IMG/VR virus record: IMGVR_UViG_3300037634_003268
Location: 1 to 37,548 of that record
DNA length: 37,548 nucleotides
Direction: 5' to 3' (one strand)
DNA from: a virus
Lineage: Duplodnaviria > Caudoviricetes
Below, piece by piece: positions 25,288 to 33,957 of the stretch. Each line of letters starts with the position of its first letter. The stretch's first letter is position 1. Made by a program: the position numbers and the translations under genes. The notes beneath the pieces are model-generated. The model saw nothing but the letters and a program-made list of their open reading frames with translations, was not told where the DNA came from and did no database searches.

Positions 25288-26199
25288 ATGGCAAGACCAA
25301 AGGTCGTGATACTTGGCGACATAATGCTTGACAGATACTTTGAAATAGATCGTACGAAACAATCTCCGGAACACGATGGACTATGTTTAATTAATCCCAT
25401 CTTAAAAGATGAAAACCCCGGAGGAGCAGGAAACGTAGCAACGTGTCTTGCGAAGATGGGAATACCGACGATGATTATCGGTGCTGTTGGTTCTACGAAC
25501 TTACATAGAATGTTAGATTGGATTCCCAATTTAACTAATATTACATTTGTAGTTCCAAATCTAGAATGTAGAAAAGATAGATATCTACATGAAGGTGTAA
25601 CACATACCAGAATTGATACGGATCCTATAGCTGAAGATTTTCGAATATGGGATCCGATGATACTAGAAATAATAAACAACTTGCCTAAGAGTTGTGAAGT
25701 ATTAATAACTAGTGACTATAATAAAGGTACACTTAGTGAATCAATTCTACAAGCTCTTAAAGGGCGTTTTCAAACTTGGATAGCGGATCCTAAGAAAACC
25801 TTCTATGATGCGTACAAGTCTGAAGAAATAATTATTAAACCCAATTCTGCAGAAGCATTAGATATGACTTCAACTGATGATACATCAGATGCCATAGCTA
25901 AGTTAGCAGAGTGGACCCCAGGTCGTATTGTAGTAACTGACAGTAAGAATCCTATTCTATATACGGATAAGGATTCTACTAAAGAGATGGTAATACCACA
26001 ATACGAACCAAACACGGTGGTTGGGGCTGGAGATGTCATGACTGCTGTTCTCGCAGCAGGTGCTATTAAAGGATGGGACTTGAATAAGAGTCTCGAAGCA
26101 GGTGTACTTGCTTGTAAGCATACACTAAGTTTAGATCCAGGAAGTACACTTGACAGGAAAGCTTGGAATCACATAGTCACAGAGGTGACAGACGATTGA
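25288..26199 (+). CDS. PfkB-family kinase, HldE/RfaE heptose-7-phosphate kinase-like
   Basis: GDIMLDRY, PGGAGNVA, SDYNKG, ADPK, KPNSAEA, VGAGD. Confidence 0.85.
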   Translation: MARPKVVILGDIMLDRYFEIDRTKQSPEHDGLCLINPILKDENPGGAGNVATCLAKMGIPTMIIGAVGSTNLHRMLDWIPNLTNITFVVPNLECRKDRYLHEGVTHTRIDTDPIAEDFRIWDPMILEIINNLPKSCEVLITSDYNKGTLSESILQALKGRFQTWIADPKKTFYDAYKSEEIIIKPNSAEALDMTSTDDTSDAIAKLAEWTPGRIVVTDSKNPILYTDKDSTKEMVIPQYEPNTVVGAGDVMTAVLAAGAIKGWDLNKSLEAGVLACKHTLSLDPGSTLDRKAWNHIVTEVTDD

Positions 26200-27809
26200 A
26201 ATTTGTAAATGTTAATCCCGTTAAAGTCCAGATAACGGACGCTCTCAAAGACAAGGACGCATCAGATATCCAGGCTTTGAACGTACGTTTGGCGGCTACG
26301 CATTTGGGATACGTTAATGAGAACAAGTTTCGCTACGTAGATGGAGACGCTACTGATAATAGTTTAAAGTCTTGGACCAAACCATTTCAGAAGCCAGTTG
26401 TTACATTTCACAACGACCAAGAAGATCCTCTAGGTAGGGTTTACGATGCTAGACGAGAAGAATTTCACCTTCAGGATGGAGAGGAAAAAGAAAATCGTCC
26501 GACTGGTGTGGTAGTTCTAGATGCACTCATTACAGATCCTGATGCTATTAAGAAAGTACTAGACGGTTCATATTTAACTGTTTCTACATCCTGCTCAAGC
26601 AAAAACATTGAATGCAGTATTTGCGGTTCTAATGTTGCATTGAAAGATGAGAAGTGCGATCATCAAAAGGGTAAGACCTATGATGGTAAAGATTGCGTTT
26701 GGGAAGTAGGAGAAAGAAAATATACTGAAGTATCATTCGTGAATACACCTGCAGATCAAAGTGACGAACACTTTGCTGGGGTTATTTCTATAGGGGATGA
26801 CACGGAGGGTGAAGCCGAAGAAGTAGTAATAATGAAAGACTCGATGGAAACAATAGCTGAAGCGAAGGAAGCTACTGTTGAAGTTAAGATAGAAGATGAA
26901 ACAGATGGAATAAAAGAAACAGTAGAAGACGACGATGTTACTCAATGGACTGCTCATGATTTCAAGCTTGCAACATCAATAGCTGAAAAGATGAAAGAGC
27001 AACTGGGAGACGCATTCTATAATGGGGAAGATGAAGCAGTATTTTGTGGACCTCATTCAGAGAAGAATTCTACATTCCCTCTACCGGACATGGAACACGT
27101 AGAGGCAGCCCTTGCAATCCTTGATGATTATAGAGGTAGAGGATCCAAGGCAAAGCTTACTTCTGAAGTCCTACAGAAGAAAGCATCATTCGAGCCTGCT
27201 GATAATGATCAGGACTTTACATTGACAGAGAAGATCGCTGACCTTGAAAAAGAAATTGGTGAACTGAAGGAACAACTGACCGATGAAAAAGTACTTGAAC
27301 ACCCAGCAGTATTAACAAAACTAGAAGACGTACAAAAGGAAATCGAAGCGAAGTCCGAAACTATTAGTAAGCTTCAAGCCAAACATGATTCAGTAAAAGC
27401 TGAACTAGATGATCAACAGGATGAAGCAGAAAATATAGTTGGAATGGTTGATGAGAACGTACGTTTGTTTAAACTCGTGAAACGTCTAAGGGCTACCCTT
27501 CTAGTTGATCTACAGATAAGAACAGGTAAAATACCTGATCTTGTCAAATCCGAAAACTTTCTGGATGCAAGGATGGACACTATCAATACGGCAATTAAAG
27601 ATATGGACGGAGAGGACATTGTAAGTGCATATAATGCACTCGCAACCGAAACAAATTTCGGTACATATCAGAAACCAAATGAGCCAACTGAAACAACAGA
27701 AAATCCTGCTTTGGATAATGATCCAAGTCAGAAGATCAGTGACTCTACAACTATTGAGAGCGGACCGGATACATTGAAGAGAGTTTTTCTTAAGAAAAAG
27801 TCCCAATAA
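26196..27809 (+). CDS. prohead protease fused to coiled-coil scaffold
   Basis: ATH, KPVVTFHN...PLGRV, YLTVS, CSICG..CDH..G..YDG, EVSFVNTPAD; acidic coiled C-half; TTG start after GAGGTG. Confidence 0.85.
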   Translation: MKFVNVNPVKVQITDALKDKDASDIQALNVRLAATHLGYVNENKFRYVDGDATDNSLKSWTKPFQKPVVTFHNDQEDPLGRVYDARREEFHLQDGEEKENRPTGVVVLDALITDPDAIKKVLDGSYLTVSTSCSSKNIECSICGSNVALKDEKCDHQKGKTYDGKDCVWEVGERKYTEVSFVNTPADQSDEHFAGVISIGDDTEGEAEEVVIMKDSMETIAEAKEATVEVKIEDETDGIKETVEDDDVTQWTAHDFKLATSIAEKMKEQLGDAFYNGEDEAVFCGPHSEKNSTFPLPDMEHVEAALAILDDYRGRGSKAKLTSEVLQKKASFEPADNDQDFTLTEKIADLEKEIGELKEQLTDEKVLEHPAVLTKLEDVQKEIEAKSETISKLQAKHDSVKAELDDQQDEAENIVGMVDENVRLFKLVKRLRATLLVDLQIRTGKIPDLVKSENFLDARMDTINTAIKDMDGEDIVSAYNALATETNFGTYQKPNEPTETTENPALDNDPSQKISDSTTIESGPDTLKRVFLKKKSQ

Positions 27810-27835
27810 TTTGGGCACTAGGAGAGTGAATTAAA

Positions 27836-29002
27836 TTGTCAGAATTAGTATTTCTAAATGAAAGTACACGTAAGCAGCCAATTAGAAGTAATCCTTCTAA
27901 GTATAACACATCCCCATTCCGTAGAGAACTAGAACAGGGTGGAGACGGTGGTATGCGTCCAGTCGGTGCATTTTATCCATGGAAGTCTCTTCCTGTACAA
28001 TGGCAGGATGTTGAAACTGGTGATTGGGTTGTAATTACTAAAGGTACTATTGTAAGTCTTATTACAAACCAAGTAACAACAACTGCAGAAACTGGTATTT
28101 CTGGTGGTATTCCTGATATAGAAGCTTCGGGTTCTATTCCTGTATTCGATGATGAAACAGTTTCAGGTGCAACATATACCGCTCTAAATATCGATTCAAG
28201 TTTCTGGGGTTATCATGACACTGCAGCAGGTCTTTTGATTCCTGCTAATGGTGGAGCTGGTGTAAGATACGAATACGCTGCAGACGATGTAACTGCTGGC
28301 GTAGTACATGCTAACGCAGACCTTACATTAGTAACTGCAAGTGAGTTCGTTGATACACCTAAGAATACACCTGTCGGCGTTGCATTCATGGACGTTATGC
28401 AGGATATTCGTGGTAAGAGCATCAACTATAACCTGTGGGCAAGTCAGTACGGAGTGCTTGCAGATGGTCTGATCGTTCTTCCTTACGCCGATTATGGAGA
28501 TACATCGCCTCAGTCAATGGCAACATTTGCTGGACATAAGATCACCGAACTAACTGGTGGTAACTCGGTAATTGATACATCAACAACTGATGTTGGTTAC
28601 AACGCAGTTTATAAGAAGCACGGTTTCTACTACTTTGACAGTGCAGCAGATCCTACAGTAGGCGCAAGAGCAGGATCACTTCTACAGTCCGATGCCTATG
28701 GTAAGTTCGTAGGTCAGGGTTCTGCAGAAACACAAGCAGTTAACGTAGCCAGAAATCAGCAAACTGTTGGTCGTTTGCTTTATACGGATGCAAGATATCC
28801 AAAAGATCAACTACAGGCAGTAGATACTTATCCTGGTTCTGGACTGCAAGGTACAGAAACAAATGGTATCCCTGCGTTTATTTATAACTTCGCAGTGGAT
28901 GCTCTGACTGGAATGAGTCTAGGTACTTCTGCAAGACACGTCAAAGATATGGTAAAGAGCGGTGCTATTGGTGCAGCTTATATCCAGGTCGACGTAGCTT
29001 AA
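27836..29002 (+). CDS. head decoration/capsid-associated protein
   Basis: Position between protease and capsid; beta-rich; AGGAG RBS, TTG start. Confidence 0.7.
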   Translation: MSELVFLNESTRKQPIRSNPSKYNTSPFRRELEQGGDGGMRPVGAFYPWKSLPVQWQDVETGDWVVITKGTIVSLITNQVTTTAETGISGGIPDIEASGSIPVFDDETVSGATYTALNIDSSFWGYHDTAAGLLIPANGGAGVRYEYAADDVTAGVVHANADLTLVTASEFVDTPKNTPVGVAFMDVMQDIRGKSINYNLWASQYGVLADGLIVLPYADYGDTSPQSMATFAGHKITELTGGNSVIDTSTTDVGYNAVYKKHGFYYFDSAADPTVGARAGSLLQSDAYGKFVGQGSAETQAVNVARNQQTVGRLLYTDARYPKDQLQAVDTYPGSGLQGTETNGIPAFIYNFAVDALTGMSLGTSARHVKDMVKSGAIGAAYIQVDVA

Positions 29003-29013
29003 CAAAATAAAGA

Positions 29014-29039
29014 AGGGGTACGGGGCAACTCGTACCCCT
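29014..29039 (+). promoter_or_regulatory. GC-rich GNRA hairpin before capsid RBS
   Basis: AGGGGTACG-GG-GCAA-CT-CGTACCCCT, no U tract. Confidence 0.6.
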
Positions 29040-29059
29040 CATAAGGAGGCTGTTTAACC

Positions 29060-30376
29060 TTGAGAATTAGAGATTTAAAGTTGCCTGACGGATCTACAAT
29101 GGATCCCGAGGACGTGCAACGTGTGGAACATCTACACTCAGCCTTTGTAAACAATGGTGTTGCCTACGATGAGGATAACGATAAGTTCATCACGATGAAC
29201 CTGAAAGATGCACTTACAACAGGTGAAGTAAATCGTTTCATCCCAACTGTTGTAACAACTATTGTGCGCGAAGCTCTAGAACCAGCAGCGGTTGTAGTTA
29301 ATACTATATTCCAAAGCATGGAACTGGAAAGAGGTAGACAAGTACAGATTGGTTCAATCGGCGCTATGACTGTAGCGGATATTCCCGAAGGAACCGAATA
29401 CCCAGAGACCTTCCCTGACATGGGAGAAGGTACAATGATCGCAACCAACGTAGACAAGGTTGGTATTCAGATTCACTTCACAGATGAGATGATCGAAGAC
29501 ACTCAGTTTGATGTTATCGGCCTTTGGCTGAGAGCAGCAGGTCGCGCTTTTGCACGTCACAAAGAACTGAAGGGTTTAAAACTTCTTGATGAGATGGGTA
29601 CCGTAGTATTTGATAACGATACCGGTAATACATCTATAGAAGGTTCATGCACAGGTAGAAACATTGCTGGTGCACAGAACGGTACCATGACGCTGAACGA
29701 CGTATTTCAGCTTTATGCGTACCTTGTAACTCGTGGCTTCTCTCCTTCTCACTGGATTACACATCCTCTTGCATGGACAATGTTTCTCACCGATCCTGAA
29801 ATAAGAGAAATCATCATGTCTGGAGATGTACTTGCTACTAACAGAATTCCACAGGGAGTAGCAGGTGGCGGATGGCCTACTGAGTTTCAGGGAGGAGGTC
29901 AACGCACAGCGGCAACTGGTGAGTACTCGGAAACTGGTACTGCTCCAACTAACATTCAGGGAAGAAATGGTGCTAACGCATTCCTTACCTCTCTGAATCC
30001 GCTGGGTAATACTCATAATATTCCACCAAGAGGGCTTCCCGCTCCTCTTACTATGATCGTAACTCCATGGATGGCTTACAATGCTACTGGCGGAAACCTC
30101 GCTGCAGCAGCAGGCTTCCCATCTACATCTATCGCAATGGTAGATGCAAATGCTACTGGTGTTCTGATCAATAGAGAATCCTTGAATATCGAAGAGTTCG
30201 ACAAGCCACTCGTAGATATGCACGGATTAAAGTTAAGAGAAAGATATGGATTTATGTCCATCGAACAAGGTAAGGGTGTAGCTCTTGCTAAAAGCGTAAT
30301 CCTTGATAGAAATTACGTATTCGATAACACTAACTCCGTAACGCTGTCAGCACTTGCTGACACAGACTTTATCTAA
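29060..30376 (+). CDS. major capsid protein (HK97 fold)
   Basis: FIPTVV..IVRE, IPEGTEYP, KVGIQIHFTDEMIEDTQFDVI, THPLAW, ERYG; AAGGAGG RBS. Confidence 0.9.
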   Translation: MRIRDLKLPDGSTMDPEDVQRVEHLHSAFVNNGVAYDEDNDKFITMNLKDALTTGEVNRFIPTVVTTIVREALEPAAVVVNTIFQSMELERGRQVQIGSIGAMTVADIPEGTEYPETFPDMGEGTMIATNVDKVGIQIHFTDEMIEDTQFDVIGLWLRAAGRAFARHKELKGLKLLDEMGTVVFDNDTGNTSIEGSCTGRNIAGAQNGTMTLNDVFQLYAYLVTRGFSPSHWITHPLAWTMFLTDPEIREIIMSGDVLATNRIPQGVAGGGWPTEFQGGGQRTAATGEYSETGTAPTNIQGRNGANAFLTSLNPLGNTHNIPPRGLPAPLTMIVTPWMAYNATGGNLAAAAGFPSTSIAMVDANATGVLINRESLNIEEFDKPLVDMHGLKLRERYGFMSIEQGKGVALAKSVILDRNYVFDNTNSVTLSALADTDFI

Positions 30377-30382
30377 CAACTA

Positions 30383-30419
30383 ATGATGGGGGGCTAGTTT
30401 ATCACTATCCCCCCATCAT
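30383..30419 (+). terminator. stem-loop after capsid gene
   Basis: ATGATGGGGGG / CCCCCCATCAT; no U tract. Confidence 0.55.
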
Positions 30420-30430
30420 ATGAGGAAAAT

Positions 30431-31093
30431 ATGGCTACACGAGCAAAGAAAGAAGAAGAAGTAGTAGTTGAAGACGTAGTAATCGCAGAAGTTGAAGAAG
30501 TTGAAGAAGATGATAACGAAGTACATATACGTTTAAAGAAAGCTCAAATTTGCATAGATGAAAACCTAGGGTTGAATCTAAATGCACTTATGAACAGAAC
30601 TACTGCAATACTAGATAAGAGAGATCTCAGTGACATAGATAAACAACGTCTTAGATCTCTAGTTGGTTCTAAAGATATAGAAAAGTTCGATCCATCCTTG
30701 CCAGAACCAATGAACATTCCCGAATATAAATTAGATCTATCAGATACAGTAGAGTTTAAGTTTCTTAATGATGCTAAGACAACAGACAAGCAAGTTATGA
30801 ATTACGTTACTAACGCACTTAATACTCCTCGTGCTGCTAGAATCCCATTAAAGGTTTTGTACTCCCTTGAAACTCTAGGGCAGAACAAAGCACTAAAGCC
30901 CAGACTACCCGTAGTCGAAGCTATAGTAAATGGTCTTGAAGCGATTGGAATAGCAGAAAAGGATGCTGCTCTAACTCCAGTAGAAAAAGATAAGTTGGTA
31001 GATGCAATCGAACAACATACACGACAAGTTGAGCGTGGAGTATCTGCTACTATGAGTGACGAATCTGATGAAGTATTAAATTCGGTACAATAA
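30431..31093 (+). CDS. hypothetical protein (acidic N-terminus)
   Basis: GAGGA RBS; 220 aa. Confidence 0.8.
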   Translation: MATRAKKEEEVVVEDVVIAEVEEVEEDDNEVHIRLKKAQICIDENLGLNLNALMNRTTAILDKRDLSDIDKQRLRSLVGSKDIEKFDPSLPEPMNIPEYKLDLSDTVEFKFLNDAKTTDKQVMNYVTNALNTPRAARIPLKVLYSLETLGQNKALKPRLPVVEAIVNGLEAIGIAEKDAALTPVEKDKLVDAIEQHTRQVERGVSATMSDESDEVLNSVQ

Positions 31094-31167
31094 TGGCTTC
31101 TAGAAAAACTAAGAAGAAATCAACTAAGGGTACTAAAAAGAAGAAAAAGGGGACGAGTAAATACTAA
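31093..31167 (+). CDS. 24-aa Lys-rich peptide
   Basis: MASRKTKKKSTKGTKKKKKGTSKY; TAATG overlaps at both ends. Confidence 0.65.
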   Translation: MASRKTKKKSTKGTKKKKKGTSKY

Positions 31168-32534
31168 TGGCAACGCCTTTCCATGTTATATCACATTCCC
31201 CGAGCGGACATATAGTTCCCGTTAATTCAAATATAGTAGTTGAATTTAACGAGAAAGTAGATCCTTTAACGGTGAACCCTCTTACACTTACAATAGTGGA
31301 AGCGGATACCCTAGATGTTCCTCGTGGTACTGTAATAACTTCTGGTGCGCAAACGCAGTTGGTCTTTCAACCCGAATCTTATTTAAACATTTTAACTAAG
31401 TATAGGGTATCGGTACCAACACCAGGAATAAAAGATGTAGATGGAAATAACCTTGCAGATCCCTTTGTATGGAACTTCACGACATCACAGAATGAATTAG
31501 TTGGTGGATCGGAGATAGAATGGGCAGCAGGACAAGCTTCTGCAGTCACTACACGTACACCAACGTTATGGAATTCTATACTAACCAACGCTAGTGGTAC
31601 CATAGAACACGGCGATGGAAAGATAAGTACCACAGTTAAATCACTAGAATTAGTATTAAATGGTTCACCTTCAGGTACCTTTAGCGATCTTTCGGGCTAT
31701 TTTGGTATTAAGGCAGTAGATGTTTTAGGTTATACCTTAACAGGGGACCATATAGCAGGACCTTCAGGATACTTCATAACTGCATCTGGTAATGCGATTC
31801 ATGTAGCACTACCTACAGGAGCAGTATCTGGAAGTACATTCCTAGCTAATAATGCGGAATATACCGTAACACTTAAATCTGGTGCAACAGCTTCGGGGTT
31901 TGCCCCAACTACAGAAGATCAAACTAAGTCATTTATGACTGAGTTTTATCCGATGTATACAACTGACGTACTTGTAAGATTATTTGCCGGACCGTTCGTA
32001 GCAGATATTCCAGATGACACAATACGCAGAGTTGCACTTCAGCATTCAAGAAAACTAACTGTCTTCAATGGTAGTACAGTTTATGGTCCAGTACCATATT
32101 ACGTAACAGACTATGTAACATGTCAGACTGCAGTAGATGTAATACGTCAAGAGTTTTCAGCTATGGCTCTTAAGGCAGGAGAGAAACACCTTGGTGATCT
32201 CTCTATAGATGCTGACGTTACATCAGTAAAGAAGTTAATGGATGATACTATAAAGCATCTGCAGGCATGTGCTGATGAAGCATTTGGATTAGTTAGAACT
32301 GGTGGAAGAAGAGTCAAGCCTCTAGTAACAACTAGGGGTAAATACAACTTCCCTAATCATTCTAGACTATTACAAATGGGAGATACGTACGTTTGTGATG
32401 GACCAGCATCATTGAGAGATAGCGGAGGAAGAAGAGAGATCATAGAGAAGTGGCTAAATGGTGCTCCACTACCTTCAAGATTACATTGGGGTCAGTACAT
32501 ATATACAGTAACTAACTATCCGTTGGTGAGTTAA
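31167..32534 (+). CDS. Ig-like (Big_5-type) domain protein with probable head-tail adaptor C-terminus
   Basis: VPVNSNIVVEFNEKVDP...LVFQP...Y.V...GIKDVDGNNL..PFVWNFTT; KHLGDLSI. Confidence 0.75.
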   Translation: MATPFHVISHSPSGHIVPVNSNIVVEFNEKVDPLTVNPLTLTIVEADTLDVPRGTVITSGAQTQLVFQPESYLNILTKYRVSVPTPGIKDVDGNNLADPFVWNFTTSQNELVGGSEIEWAAGQASAVTTRTPTLWNSILTNASGTIEHGDGKISTTVKSLELVLNGSPSGTFSDLSGYFGIKAVDVLGYTLTGDHIAGPSGYFITASGNAIHVALPTGAVSGSTFLANNAEYTVTLKSGATASGFAPTTEDQTKSFMTEFYPMYTTDVLVRLFAGPFVADIPDDTIRRVALQHSRKLTVFNGSTVYGPVPYYVTDYVTCQTAVDVIRQEFSAMALKAGEKHLGDLSIDADVTSVKKLMDDTIKHLQACADEAFGLVRTGGRRVKPLVTTRGKYNFPNHSRLLQMGDTYVCDGPASLRDSGGRREIIEKWLNGAPLPSRLHWGQYIYTVTNYPLVS

Positions 32535-32535
32535 A

Positions 32536-33108
32536 TTGGGTTTAGATCTATTTAGAAAAGCAGTACCAGATACAACTAAAGTAGATAGATTCGGAAATGG
32601 AATCAGAGGAGTAGATCTAAGAGAAGAGTTTGATTGTTTTGTAAATGGTAATCAAGATTCACAAGGACACGGTTACTGGGCAGTATATAGAAGATTTGAT
32701 ACTAGTCAAAACTCAGATCTATATAACAGAACTACGGGTAAAGGTAAATATTTCAAACCTACTGGTGAAGGTGTAGGTGGACAATCATACCCATACGAAG
32801 ATGAATTAGTAAGAACTGCTAAAAGAGCATTAACTGTTACAGCTTCAAGATTCAAAGTAGAACAAGAAACACCATTTGGAAATATACCAGTTCTATATAG
32901 GCAATTTTACTTTGCACATGATATGAAACCTAAGGAATCAGATCTCATTTATGAGATTGATTACGAAGGTAATGATGAACCAACAGGTATTGAACCTCCA
33001 TACATGCAAGCATGGAATATTAACTTAGTAGAACCATATAGATCGGATGGAGGACGCATAGAATACTATGCATGTATATGTGGTATTGAAGTTATAGGTA
33101 GACAATAA
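32536..33108 (+). CDS. probable head-closure/neck protein
   Basis: Synteny; DLREEF, FYF...KPKESDLIYE, RSDGGRIEYY. Confidence 0.6.
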   Translation: MGLDLFRKAVPDTTKVDRFGNGIRGVDLREEFDCFVNGNQDSQGHGYWAVYRRFDTSQNSDLYNRTTGKGKYFKPTGEGVGGQSYPYEDELVRTAKRALTVTASRFKVEQETPFGNIPVLYRQFYFAHDMKPKESDLIYEIDYEGNDEPTGIEPPYMQAWNINLVEPYRSDGGRIEYYACICGIEVIGRQ

Positions 33109-33878
33109 TGGCACAACAAACTACAAACACAACCATTACTACAGATGATCTACCTATAAGTGAGTTTGAAAATTGGGAAGAGCCAGCGTGGGTTGGTACT
33201 AGATCAGAAAAGCCAGCATCTATAGAAGATGCGATGATATTAATCTACCAGATAATGTCAGTAATGAAACCTGATCTACGATTCACTCCAGCTTATCCAG
33301 ATTACATTATAGATTCAGAACTCACACAAAAGATTGAAGACGCTCCACAAATGCCAGATGAATCTATAGCATGGAGCGTTATAAGTATGAGACCGGGGTC
33401 TCGTTCTAAAGTACCATTCGGTAGAAATAAAGAATTGAGACCAAGACTCAGAGAAGTGGGAATACCTAACAATAGAGAGATAGCGTTAGGAAATGAAATT
33501 CCCGAAACCGAAATCATAACCTATGGTCAACAGTTTGATAGTATTATACAGTTTGATTGTTTTGCTAAGACTAACTTTGATGCAGAACGTTTAGCTACTG
33601 ATTTCATTAAGACTATGACGAATCACTCTCCGACTCTGATTAAATTTGGAGTCTCCAGATTTTACTTCTGGAGAAGGTTACGTGATGCATTTCTGCTTCA
33701 ATTTAGAAATGGGATCATAGCAAGGTCCGTGCAGTATTATATGAAGAGCGAAGAAGTTACTTTCGAGGAAGTTTCTAAACTCAAAAGTATAAGGATTGCA
33801 TTAGAAGAAATGCGCGATGAGGGTACGAACTACCCTGATTGGGCAACTCGTGTAAAGGAAAAGGCTTTAGAAAAGTAA
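33108..33878 (+). CDS. probable tail completion/terminator protein
   Basis: Directly upstream of sheath; GQQFDSIIQFDCFAKTNFDAERLATDF. Confidence 0.6.
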   Translation: MAQQTTNTTITTDDLPISEFENWEEPAWVGTRSEKPASIEDAMILIYQIMSVMKPDLRFTPAYPDYIIDSELTQKIEDAPQMPDESIAWSVISMRPGSRSKVPFGRNKELRPRLREVGIPNNREIALGNEIPETEIITYGQQFDSIIQFDCFAKTNFDAERLATDFIKTMTNHSPTLIKFGVSRFYFWRRLRDAFLLQFRNGIIARSVQYYMKSEEVTFEEVSKLKSIRIALEEMRDEGTNYPDWATRVKEKALEK

Positions 33879-33957
33879 AGACTAAATGCTGACTCCTCTT
33901 AACAACTAGTCGTACGAGGAACACGAAATGTTCCTTTTACCAAGGAGGCGATTTACC

